A DNA stretch of 63,715 nt, counting the filler, from Octopus bimaculoides (Eukaryota): the NCBI RefSeq assembly GCF_001194135.2. It is 5 parts of 4 records of this genome, joined end to end, with 100 filler letters (N's around TTAATTAATTAA, not from the genome) between each part and the next. Parts side by side here need not be neighbours in the genome. Positions count along the whole stretch, not along the records: positions 38,278 to 58,311 come from NC_068982.1; positions 58,412 to 62,195 come from NC_068981.1; positions 62,296 to 63,715 come from NC_068990.1; 2 more parts are not named here. The stretch is one strand, 5' to 3'. Positions 52,391-63,715 of this stretch are shown in pieces. The stretch's first letter is position 1. Each line of letters starts with the position of its first letter. The notes beneath the pieces were generated by a model, which had not been told where the DNA came from, did not search any database, and worked only from the letters and a program-made list of their open reading frames with translations. The translations under genes were made by a program, and so were the position numbers.

Positions 52391-52624
52391 ATGATAATAA
52401 TAACCCTTTCTACTATAGGCACAAGGCCAGAAATATTGCAGTGGGACACTAGTCCATTATATCGACCCCAATGTGCAATGGCTACTGGGTACTTATTGAC
52501 ACAGGACGATGAATAGGGAAGTCAACATCGGCAGAATATGATCACGGAATTTAAATACGGACGCTAAGCATTGATCTCGCTTGCTCTCTCTCTTTCTCTC
52601 TCTCCCACTCCCCCCTCTCTCTCT

Positions 52625-52790
52625 CTGGGATACGAAATGAACTCCTCTGTAATGTTTAGACCTAAATACTCCTTCATGAACAGCTGTTATTGTTGCCCCT
52701 TTCAGTAAAGATGGGAATACGTCGGTCTCCCACGACTTCTTGAATACCATCTTAAATGACTCCACTCCACTTGGATGTATTTACATGCTT
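52625..52790 (-). mobile_element. CR1/Jockey-group RT fragment
   Basis: KSWETDVFPSLLKGATITAVHEG...HYR resembles the conserved SL.TG.FP..LK.A.ITP.HK...NYRPIS block. Confidence 0.65.
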
Positions 52791-52994
52791 TTTTAACAGT
52801 ACGGCTGGGAGACGATCCTATTCTGGCGCTGTAATTGCACTCTCTTCGAAGTCTTTAATTTCTAGACGTATCTCCACAGTTAGATTATGGAGGTTAAACA
52901 ATTCGCTTGGATTATGTACTATTTACTTATTAGTTTGGGAGAATACACTGTTATATTGTTGTCTCAAGAATTCGCATATATGGGATGGATACTG

Positions 52995-53066
<72 letters not shown>

Positions 53067-56000
53067 TGGAGGCATGTGGTGAGGTTGAGTGTCGTTGTAT
53101 CCGCCATTTATTCGTGACCCCTTTGCACCACTCAGTCTGAAATCCTACAACACATGGGCCTGCTTGGGTAATCGTTACTGGTAAGGGTTTTACGAGCTGG
53201 GAGTGCAACTCCTACCTCAAGCTCTTTTACACGATAGTTCACTCCGAGGACACGCCGGATCTGTTTTTTTTTGTTTTTTTTTTGCCTCTTACATACTGGT
53301 CACCATACGCTATTAAAGTAATATAAAATGAACGGAACATGACGCTGGAAATCGAACCCACGATCTTAAGATTGTGAGTACATCACTGAAACCACTAGAC
53401 CATGATCTTTACATGTGTTGGATAGTTAGTATATGATCCGTTTTGGTTCTCTAGACGGTCAATCTGGTTATGAGTTCTGGATTTTGTTAAGCAACATGGA
53501 AGAAAAGCTCATGATTAAACCTTATTTTTTCCATTGCTTACTATTCTTTTAGCAAGCTTTGCTTTTCGTAGGTATTTTACGATCCGTTCAATGTTTCTTA
53601 TAATGTTGATATTTCTTTCAGTGTTTGTATTTTAGAAATCTTGTTTTATTTTTAGCTGCTCCATAAGTTTAGTTCTGTTACACATTGGGATCCATCAGTG
53701 CATGAAATCAAATCCCTTAGAAAATAGGCACGTTTAGATGGGGAATACTTTTCATAGCTCCTGATTGCCCCCGCATAAAGAATCGCCTTTCTTGTATTAA
53801 TACTGAGATAGTCAATATACTTAGGCCAATTTGATGTGAGGACCTCACTTTTGATTCTTTTCCAGTTGGTCTTCTGAAATTCAAGTTCACGAGAAGTGTG
53901 TCATGTTTGCTGCTATTTTTATTTTTGTATGTTACCTTCTGGAACTATATACAGATAGCTGTATCATGCTTTGATCGGGGGTGGCTGTTGGAATAAAGTG
54001 AACATTCTGAATAAAATCTGTACTATTAGTAAAGATTAAATCATGTAAATTGTCTCCCTTGGTTGGACAGGTAATGATGGTCTAAACGACGAGGCTGCAA
54101 TGGTGACAAGGAGAACTTCAAAATCTAGTTTAATTGTATAGTTCCTGGTTGGACATAATCATCAGGTCACCTCAAGTTAGGACAACTGAAATCTTGGGAT
54201 AAAAGTTCGTTGCCCGGTAGGTTAGCATCATGTACACTTAGACTTACGCTTGAAAAAAATCATGAACGTACATACATTTCATACATCGATGCATAGACAT
54301 ACTTATATATACAGGAAAACACGCACACACACATACACACACACATTCAGAAACACACACACGCACACACACACATATGCGTATACACATAAGCCACATA
54401 CAATTATATATAGATACGGGTGCGTGTGTGTGCTTGTGTGTTTGTATGTAGTAAAATATAAAACACAGGTAGATAAACGTGCATACAGATTGTCCAGACT
54501 AATTTCGACTGCCTGCGCAAAAATAAAAGAAAATACAACATTACATAGAAAAGATAAAAGTATTTTTAAAAAATAAAAAAAAGATAACAACATTATGGCT
54601 GGGAGAGAAGAGTTTACTCAACGTAGCGACCATCAGGTTCCACCACGGCTTTAAGATAGCTAGGGAATCTGGCGCATAGATTCCTAACTGTGTCCATGGG
54701 AAGATCTTCAGTCTTACAGACTTCACCACGTTCACAGAGCATTGCGCGGCATTCATGACGTCGGCCTTTTTTTATACCCTTCGCTAATCATCATGATGCA
54801 GGTAACACTTTAACCAATATGCAGATGACTTCTAGCACTCTATCGCAGCTAACATTTAGTCAACGGCAATATTTATGCTCTCCAACGCCGTTGACTGTTC
54901 ATCAATACATCAGACACTCCCTGGAAAATAAAAAGGACTGGTCAAGTTTAGCCCGAACAGCCTGTTTATACACAAATATACTTGCATGGAGACTATACGT
55001 ACAGCCCTAGGTTCTACATGTATACAGACATGTTTACTTCTATATATATACACAAACACGTATATGTTTGAATATATAATACACTCACATGCATTAATTT
55101 CAACCTACACGCCTGTCTTTGTCTTTTTTTCTGTAAATACACATACACACACACATATAAGTGAAATCTCCCTATAAAAAAATATATATATANNNNNNNN
55201 NNNNNNNNNNNNNNNNNNNNNNNNNNNNNNNNNNNNNNNNNNNNNNNNNNNNNNNNNNNNNNNNNNNNNNNNNNNNNNNNNNNNNNNNNNNNNNNNNNNN
55301 NNNNNNNNNNNNNNNNNNNNNNNNNNNNNNNNNNNNNNNNNNNNNNNNNNNNNNNNNNNNNNNNNNNNNNNNNNNNNNNNNNNNNNNNNNNNNNNNNNNN
55401 NNNNNNNNNNNNNNNNNNNNNNNNNNNNNNNNNNNNNNNNNNNNNNNNNNNNNNNNNNNNNNNNNNNNNNNNNNNNNNNNNNNNNNNNNNNNNNNNNNNN
55501 NNNNNNNNNNNNNNNNNNNNNNNNNNNNNNNNNNNNNNNNNNNNNNNNNNNNNNNNNNNNNNNNNNNNNNNNNNNNNNNNNNNNNNNNNNNNNNNNNNNN
55601 NNNNNNNNNNNNNNNNNNNNNNNNNNNNNNNNNNNNNNNNNNNNNNNNNNNNNNNNNNNNNNNNNNNNNNNNNNNNNNNNNNNNNNNNNNNNNNNNNNNN
55701 NNNNNNNNNNNNNNNNNNNNNNNNNNNNNNNNNNNNNNNNNNNNNNNNNNNNNNNNNNNNNNNNNNNNNNNNNNNNNNNNNNNNNNNNNNNNNNNNNNNN
55801 NNNNNNNNNNNNNNNNNNNNNNNNNNNNNNNNNNNNNNNNNNNNNNNNNNNNNNNNNNNNNNNNNNNNNNNNNNNNNNNNNNNNNNNNNNNNNNNNNNNN
55901 NNNNNNNNNNNNNNNNNNNNNNNNNNNNNNNNNNNNNNNNNNNNNNNNNNNNNNNNNNNNNNNNNNNNNNNNNNNNNNNNNNNNNNNNNNNNNNNNNNNN

Positions 56001-56655
56001 NNNNNNNNNNNNNNNNNNNNNNNNNNNNNNNNNNNNNNNNNNNNNNNNNNNNNNNNNNNNNATACCAGATGAGAATTTGTGGAAATCTATTGGAATTAGT
56101 GTTAATTTACTCAGGTGGAATGATTGATCTTTCGTCGGTTTTACTTCTACTGCCTGGCCTTTGGTGATACTTAAAGTATTATGCTATGCTATTTTACAGG
56201 AATATAGTCCGGATCTTCAGACTGCAGTAAATGTATGCATACCATTGAGAGCAACGGACACACTTGTTCACTAGGTAATATAATGTATCTACGAAGAAAA
56301 TGGAACCGGAATTAATGGCGTAATTTCATCTAGAGGATCATATTTGGAGATTAAGTATTAAAAAATGTCTATGAAATATATTTGAATAGTAACTATTATT
56401 GTACTAAGTACTTGGGTTTGAAATACTGTCCTCAAATGAAAGCATTCGGTCGATTGCATCAAAAATGCGTTTCGTTAACAGCAGCTGCAATTATGTATAT
56501 ATTTTGGCTTATATTCATATCTTCTATCTTCTTTCCGTTAATTACTCGAGTCTTTAGACTACTGTCATGCTGAGGCACCGCCTTGAAGGATTTTAGTCAA
56601 ACTAATCGACACTGGCACTTATCTTGCTTTTTAGCATGCACCTATTCTGTCGGTT

Positions 56656-56995
56656 GGTGGAGTCGTAATGGCCCTGTGGTTAAGGCAGCGGACTCACGGT
56701 CATAGGATCGCGGTTTCGATTCCCAGACCGGGCGTTGTGAGTGTTTATTGAGTGAAAGCACCTAAAGCTCCACGAGGCTCCGGCAGGGGATGGTGGCGAA
56801 CCCTACTGTACTCTTCCACCGTAACTTTCTCTCACTCTTACTTCCTGTTTCTGTTGTGCCTGCAATTCAAAGTGTCAGCCTTGTCAAACTGTGTCACGCT
56901 GAATATCCCTGAGAACTACGTTAAGGGTACACTTGTCTGTGGAGTGCTCAGCCACTTGCACGTTAATTTCACGAGCAGGCTGTTCCGTTGCTCGG
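56656..56995 (+). mobile_element. Second-family SINE, long form with an extra internal block
   Basis: tRNA-like head followed by an insert (CCTAAAGCTCCACGAGGCTCCGGCAGGGGATGG...) and the shared body. An inverted sister copy is at 59872-60232. Confidence 0.85.
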
Positions 56996-57670
56996 AGTGC
57001 CAACAACAACAATTATGTCGGTTGCTTTTTCNNNNNNNNNNNNNNNNNNNNNNNNNNNNNNNNNNNNNNNNNNNNNNNNNNNNNNNNNNNNNNNNNNNNN
57101 NNNNNNNNNNNNNNNNNNNNNNNNNNNNNNNNNNNNNNNNNNNNNNNNNNNNNNNNNNNNNNNNNNNNNNNNNNNNNNNNNNNNNNNNNNNNNNNNNNNN
57201 NNNNNNNNNNNNNNNNNNNNNNNNNNNNNNNNNNNNNNNNNNNNNNNNNNNNNNNNNNNNNNNNNNNNNNNNNNNNNNNNNNNNNNNNNNNNNNNNNNNN
57301 NNNNNNNNNNNNNNNNNNNNNNNNNNNNNNNNNNNNNNNNNNNNNNNNNNNNNNNNNNNNNNNNNNNNNNNNNNNNNNNNNNNNNNNNNNNNNNNNNNNN
57401 NNNNNNNNNNNNNNNNNNNNNNNNNNNNNNNNNNNNNNNNNNNNNNNNNNNNNNNNNNNNNNNNNNNNNNNNNNNNNNNNNNNNNNNNNNNNNNNNNNNN
57501 NNNNNNNNNNNNNNNNNNNNNNNNNNNNNNNNNNNNNNNNNNNNNNNNNNNNNNNNNNNNNNNNNNNNNNNNNNNNNNNNNNNNNNNNNNNNNNNNNNNN
57601 NNNNNNNNNNNNNNNNNNNNNNNNNNNNNNNNNNNNNNNNNNNNNNNNNNNNNNNNNNNNNNNNNNNNNN

Positions 57671-57716
<46 letters not shown>

Positions 57717-58089
57717 CTATGTATGTTGTTATATTTCATGATGGCAGTTTTTGGGAGGGTGGGGATTGACAAATAAACACACCCACTATATACTCGTCCT
57801 TCTCTTCAGCTTTATAATTGATCTTATTTTAGTGTCATTAATCTGAAATCTTTTGTTACACACCCTGTGCCCTTTTCAGCGACTCTCCATTCCACATATC
57901 TCCTCCTGTGATGTTCAGTCCATTCTCTTTGATAAAGACAATGATAGTAAAAACAATAATACTAAAATCAAATAACCACCTCGATAGATATAACAAAATT
58001 TGTTTCAACTCACGATTTCCCATCAGAAATATTGCAAAGCAAATACATAAACGCAATATGTATGTATGATACTCTTCTTATCTGTTGCA

Positions 58090-58146
<57 letters not shown>

Positions 58147-58508
58147 TCTCTCCCTCTCCCTCTCTCTCTCTCTCCATCTCTCTCCCTCTCCCTCTCTCTC
58201 TCTCACTGTGTCTCTTCTTTGTGTGTGTGACTCACTATTTTCGGTTCATATACCTAGCTTTATGCATAGGTGTATGCGTCCATCGATATTGCACACACAC
58301 ACACACACACANNNNNNNNNNNNNNNNNNNNNNNNNNNNNNNNNNNNNNNNNNNNTTAATTAATTAANNNNNNNNNNNNNNNNNNNNNNNNNNNNNNNNN
58401 NNNNNNNNNNNATAACAGAAGAAAGAACTAAAAATGTAAATAAAATGTAAATAAAAAAACATATATATAATCATCCAACATTCTGACTATCTTATTATTC
58501 TAAATATA

Positions 58509-58543
<35 letters not shown>

Positions 58544-58799
58544 CATAAATAGTATATAAATATATGCATATATCCATACATATATGTACATACCTACACA
58601 CACACACACATGATGGGCTTCTTTCATTTTCCATCTACCAAATTCACTCACAAGGCTTTGGTTGGCCCAAGGCTATAGGAGAAGACACTTGCCCAAGGTG
58701 CACATAGTAAGACTGAACCCATAACAAAGTGGTTGGGAAACCAATGTCCAGGTGACTGATCTGCTGGATTCTGAGATCATTCAAGACATGAAGAAAGGA

Positions 58800-59170
58800 A
58801 AGCACGTTGCTCCTATGGAGAACATTTGTGCTTAGTCGCTTAAATTGCTGTTCCTAGTTATGGTCATCATAAAGCATCAAATTAACGACAAAACTGGAGA
58901 CAATCTGATGCCACTATACCAAGAAGATTGCCTCAGTACAACAGATGGATTGTTGGGAGAGGTTAAAAGAGCCAAGGTACAGTACTGGAGGAGTATTTTT
59001 TTGTCATGGACAAGTGAATTTTGGAACAGGAGCCTTGCAAGTCTACCAGATAGATGGAAGAGCATTGTAGAAAATGAAGGAGAGTATATTTTAAATTAAA
59101 AAAGAACTTTATCTTAATTCTGAAAAATAAAAGAAGTATAAAAACACCACATAGAAGTATAAAAACACCT
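58800..59170 (+). mobile_element. Mariner 3' remnant
   Basis: FWNRSLASLPDRWKSIVENEGEYIL is a mariner C-terminus. Confidence 0.7.
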
Positions 59171-59204
59171 TGGAGAGAAGACACAAAATGTATGCAATAA
59201 TATT

Positions 59205-59425
59205 TACATGAAAGATCCTGGAAGGTTTAGCACCCAACATTGAGATTGAAAGCTATACCAATCATGGACTGGATATTATTGCATAGTACCAAAGATCTCT
59301 CCATCTTCATCAGTAGCAAGAACCCAATGGTTTAACAGCTTAGTGTTCAAAGGCCCACAGCTTCTCAATACATTACCCAAAGGCCTCAGAGATCTACAAA
59401 GATTTAAAAACATTCCCAAAGACAC
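59205..59425 (+). mobile_element. CR1-group LINE C-terminal fragment
   Basis: KILEGLAPN...FKGPQLLNTLPKGLRDL resembles CR1-group ORF2 ends. Confidence 0.6.
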
Positions 59426-59871
59426 AAAGTTGAATAAAGATTATAAACCTCTAAGAGGCTATGCTTGCATACTTTTGCTAAAACTCTTGGTGTTTGTGGT
59501 TATGGTTTGACTGGCACTCCATCAGTTATGATGATGAGGGTTCCAATTGATCTGATCAACAGAACAGCCTGCTCATGAAATTAATGTGCAAGTGACTGGG
59601 AAACTCCACAGACACATGTATCCTTGACATAGTTCTCAGGGAGATTCAGTGTGACAAGGCTTGCCCTCTGAAATAAAGGTATCACTCAATTTTTCCAGCT
59701 AAGTGGACTGGAGCAACATGTCTTGCTGAAGGACACAACACACGGCTGGGAATTGAACTCATGACCTAACAATTGTGAGCCAAATACCCTAACCACTAAG
59801 CCATGCACATTCATAGCCATGGTTTACAAAGGAGAAAAATACAAGAACTAATATAGTGGCCCCTTTCAAAG

Positions 59872-60232
59872 TTGTTGGCACTCCGTCGCTTACGACGTCG
59901 AGGGTTCCAGTTGATCCAATCAACGGAACAGCCTGCTCATGAAATTGACGTGCAAGTGGCTGAGCACTCCACAGACACGTGTACCCTTAACGTAGTTCTC
60001 GAGGACATTCAGCGTGACACAGTGTGACAAGGCTGATCTTTTGAATTACAGGTACAACAGAAACAGGAAGTAAGAGTGAGAGAAAGTTGTGGTAAAAGAG
60101 TACAGCAGGGTTCGCCACCATCCCCTGCCGGAGCCTCGTGGAGCTTTAGGTGTTTTCGCTCAATAAACACTCACAACGCCCGGTCTGGGAATCAAAACCG
60201 CTGCCATAACCACTGGGCCATTGCGCCTCCAC
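59872..60232 (-). mobile_element. Second-family SINE, long form
   Basis: Reverse complement of 56656-56995, with a short deletion in the tRNA-like head. Confidence 0.85.
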
Positions 60233-60294
60233 CCCTTTCAAAGTAATTATATATTAAAAGTTTTCAGCTACATACGAAATTAAAATGAATGACT

Positions 60295-60513
60295 CTTCAT
60301 CATCTAAACCAGCCATATACAGCCCAAATATTTTAACTATTCTATATTCAAACCTGCCAGATCTGGCCTCTCACACCTACCCTACAATGTCATTCTAAAA
60401 ATAAATGATAACATTGAAATTTCGAAGCTACAAGATAATGCATGTTTAATTCAAAACAATGTGAATAAATGAACATTACATTTGACAGAGTAATCTGAAC
60501 GCTAAAAGGTTAA
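60295..60513. mobile_element. piggyBac-like MITE (second copy inverted at about 22130-22340)
   Basis: Ends GCTAAAAGGTTAA. The body is the reverse complement of 22130-22340. Confidence 0.55.
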
Positions 60514-61049
60514 AATTTAATAATTAACTTCTTAGATCAATGTCAGATGTGAGACAGTTAACTGAATCAAGCACAGTATATTACTAGTACTTATTTTGTT
60601 AATGCAGAACAGCCTGCTCGTGAAATTAATGTGCAAGTGACTGAGTACTCCACAGACACATGTATCCTTGACATAGTTCTCAGAGAGATTCAGTGTGACA
60701 GGGCTTGCCCTTTGAAATACAAGTACCACTCAATTTTTTCCAGCTGAGTGGACTGGAGCAACATATCTTGCTGAAGGACACAATGCACGGCTGGGAATTG
60801 AACTCATGACCTAACAATTGTGAGCCCTGACATAATTACATATGACCTTTAGCCCAATGTTGCGCCACTTGTCAACTCACTGCTCCTTACTAACGAGGGA
60901 ATTTATAGTCACTTAACCTACTAATAGCAGCTGTTTAAATGCCCTTCAAATCACACCCTATATTCTTAGGAGGTGGAGTGAGAAAGTGGGTAATGTAATC
61001 CTAGATTTTCGAAATGACAGGATGGTCACATCTAGAACATTTTGTAGAT

Positions 61050-61345
61050 CAGGGGTTTTCAAACTTTTTGACTTGCGGACCCCTTTATATTTCAGGCTTT
61101 ACCTTAGGGACCCCCTTATAAACGCTTATGAAATTTATACATAAATATTTGCTTAAAATAACATATATTTTTGCATTTATTTATTTAACAGCATTTAACA
61201 AATAGGTTTATTGTCAATTAAAAGATTTCGATTAAAAAACATATATAAAATCAAATTGCCCATAAAAAGTATTTGCTGTCCACGGACCCCCTGTCTTGTC
61301 CTTGCGGACCCCCTGTGGTCCGCGACCACAGTTTGAAAACCCCTG
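61050..61345. mobile_element. Intact hAT MITE
   Basis: Perfect 15-bp TIR CAGGGGTTTTCAAAC and perfect 8-bp TSD TTGTAGAT. Confidence 0.92.
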
Positions 61346-61850
61346 TTGTAGATCATCTCAATCAATCCTTACCTGGGGCTAAATAACAACACACTGCCCT
61401 TCTCTGAATATAAATCTTACAACTCATTATAATACTATAAGTAAAAGATTTTCACAAATTTAGACATTTTAATAGTTGTTTTTACATCACGGTTTATATC
61501 TTCCTTGTGAATCTAGAATTACACTATCGAATGTCTTTCCTTTGTTTAAAGATGACGGTGTGATCTGAAGATCTGGCTGCTATTTCTAGCAGTTGTGTGA
61601 TGATATAGAACCCTTGCTGGTTCGAAACAAAATGTTGATCTTTAATAAAGATATCAAAAATAGACTGGTCCTGTTAAGAACAGTTCTTTCTTTTTTACGT
61701 AAGCACAATGCCTCAGATTTATGGTTGTATGACATTCCAAACTTTCTTAGCAACATGCGCTCGAGAACTTTGCACCGCAGACTCATCTCAACTGAAATGG
61801 TTAATATATAGATCTGCACCCGGTGGAAAAATTGAAAAAAAAAATAGTGT

Positions 61851-62156
61851 AGTATATTGAACAAATATGAAGGAAAAAATGCGCGCTGCGAAAGGGGGTG
61901 AGGTGGGGAGAGGGCTCAGAAAATTCACACAACCCGAACACTAAATCTCAACGTCCGGTCACAGAAGTGAAACAAAAATCATGTAATACTTCTAATGCAA
62001 TGTATATTGAACAAATATGAAGAAAAATATGCGCGCTGGCAAACGGTAGGTGGGGAGAAAGCTCGGAAAATTCACACGGTCAGCCCTACACAACCCGAGC
62101 GCTGAATCTCAATGTCCGGTCACAGGAGTGAAACAAAAATCATGTAATACTTCTAA
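61851..62156 (+). repeat. Tandem duplication of an approximately 150-bp unit
   Basis: Two diverged copies of TATATTGAACAAATATGAAG...CAAAAATCATGTAATACTTCTAA. Confidence 0.8.
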
Positions 62157-62295
62157 ATTTGGAAGTTGCGATTGATAAGTATTCTGTTCCAATCANNNNN
62201 NNNNNNNNNNNNNNNNNNNNNNNNNNNNNNNNNNNNNNNTTAATTAATTAANNNNNNNNNNNNNNNNNNNNNNNNNNNNNNNNNNNNNNNNNNNN

Positions 62296-63459
62296 GCGTG
62301 GAATTCAACATCTAAACGTTCCCGCTCTTTTCATTCTCTTTTCCCGGCCGGGCGGCCATGAGCATGGTCATGTCAAGCTGTCTCTCCAGCTTTCCAACTC
62401 TGGGGACGGCTCACAAACAACATTCCGGCGTCTCAGCAACCATGCCTATTTTCCTCCATAAATAAATATTGTTGTGTTGATAGTTCAGAGTTCTGCGTTA
62501 CGTTGTTTATTCCGAAAATAATATAGGAAAGCAGGTGTACACCTAATTGTGTATATACCACTTTCCTATAATTGGTGACCCCGACGTGATTCGTTCATAC
62601 AGTCCTTCTGATCTGTACAGCCAACGTGATCCTGTTTACACAGTTTTTCTTACAAACTGGTGACCCGAATCTTCTCTACATTTGACTTATTGTGTTTTAG
62701 TGGACAATTTCAGTGTTTTTTTTTATTGAACATTTTTCTTCCTTTCAGAGAAAAGAAAAAGAAAACAAACAATCAGACTTTTCAGACTTTTACATTCCGT
62801 GATTTCAGTTCCTGGACAGTGGTCATCACGGTTGTTTTATCATTGTCTCATTTGTTTTTCACTAGGTGGCATTTACTGCCCATTTTACTTGCATGTTTTC
62901 TTTCATCAATTCTTTTGTACATTGCATGCGTGTATCTAACCATTGTCCATCATTTCCTTGAGTTTTTCTTTATATATATTTGTGCCACATTTTCTGCGTT
63001 GGTTTCAGTGGCCATCTTGCCTCAGACGTCCCTCCAAAATTTCTATTTTCGTGCTTCCACACTCAAGGGGGAGCCATTGTAGCGACGTTATTTGGCGCCA
63101 AAATACAGTCGCCATTACTGCGTTTTCATCTACGCATGCGCAGGGAATAGTTCCGGAAGGAACACAGGAAGAGTCCCATGCACATGCGTGGATTTCAACA
63201 TCTAAACGTTCCCGCTCTTTTCATTCTCTTTTCCCGGCCGGGCGGCCATGAGCATGGTCATGTCAAGCTGTCTCTCCAGCTTTCCAACTCTGGGGACGGC
63301 TCACAAACAACATTCCGGCGTCTCAGCAACCATGCCTATTTTCCTCCATAAATAAATATTGTTGTGTTGATAGTTCAGAGTTCTGCGTTACGTTGTTTAT
63401 TCCGAAAATAATATAGGAAAGCAGGTGTACACCTAATTGTGTATAACCACTTTCCTATA
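62296..63459 (+). mobile_element. Miniature non-coding LTR retrotransposon (TRIM-like): 5'LTR, PBS, about 490-bp internal region, PPT, 3'LTR
   Basis: 62296-62570 matches about 63187-63459 with roughly 2 differences. PBS at 62573-62590, PPT AAGGGGGAG at 63065-63073, 3'LTR 63078-63459 (TGTAG...CTATA). Confidence 0.9.
62573..62590 (+). other. Primer-binding site complementary to the tRNA-Trp 3' end
   Basis: TGGTGACCCCGACGTGAT is the reverse complement of the metazoan tRNA-Trp(CCA) 3' end ATCACGTCGGGGTCACCA, and lies 2 nt after the LTR. Confidence 0.88.
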
Positions 63460-63715
63460 GCCTCATTTACAAAAAAGGGGGACATTACAAGGACAGACAA
63501 CACAAAACGTGGGGTACATAGATCGAATTATGAGATGAAATGAGTAAATTTCAATATGATGATGGAATGGCTTACGAGTCCCCCAAAGCTCGCAGTTTCA
63601 TTTCACAGTTTTCTTATACAGTTCTTATTCTTTCATTATTATGTATTGTTTCAGTTCCTCCGCCGTTACGACGCTTGGCAAAGTGTTGTAGCCCACATAT
63701 AACCCACTTAGTTGG

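Noticed and set aside
54610-54775. Small hairpin GGAATCT-loop-AGATTCC followed by a T7 run, suggestive of a Pol III RNA
   Set aside because: No recognisable A/B box, PSE or known ncRNA motif.
56110-56230. Minus-strand CTGAAGA...GAAAGATC
   Set aside because: No valid cleavage triplet or stem I pairing; at most a remnant.
56656-56730. tRNA-like sequence with A and B boxes
   Set aside because: It continues directly into a SINE body, and the acceptor stem and terminator are absent, so it is not a tRNA gene.
61565-61640. CTGAAGA...GAAACAAAATGTT hammerhead-like string
   Set aside because: Stems I and II do not pair, and the 5' part belongs to a common dispersed repeat.
62660-63082. 140-aa hydrophobic ORF inside the LTR element
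   Set aside because: It has a GTG start, T-rich composition explains the hydrophobicity, and there are no gag/pol/env motifs.
1-63715. CRISPR arrays, rRNA and bacterial-type operons
   Set aside because: None seen. All regular repeats are microsatellites or transposon-derived.

Overview
AT-rich, gap-ridden, microsatellite-rich animal DNA. The SINE, LINE and MITE load suggests a coleoid cephalopod, probably Octopus; this is an inference. One host gene is clear: V-ATPase subunit F (ATP6V1F/Vha14) on the minus strand, with four GT-AG exons at 8044-7963, 6836-6754, 3054-2932 and 1464-1435. Its first coding exon was not found. Almost everything else is transposon-derived: three tRNA-derived SINE families, many RTE LINE fragments, other LINE remnants (CR1-like, CRE-like), mariner/Tc1/rosa/Tigger remnants, MITEs, LTRs and a miniature non-coding LTR element with a tRNA-Trp primer-binding site. 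The most interesting signal is a set of type I hammerhead ribozyme motifs in four unrelated non-coding repeats. The motif at 23391-23466 is nearly intact; those at 12278, about 15100 and 40157 are minimal or degenerate. Two of the four sit in inverted duplications, typical of Penelope-like or retrozyme elements. All folds and alignments were done by eye. Long ORFs that run through N gaps or microsatellites are artefacts.
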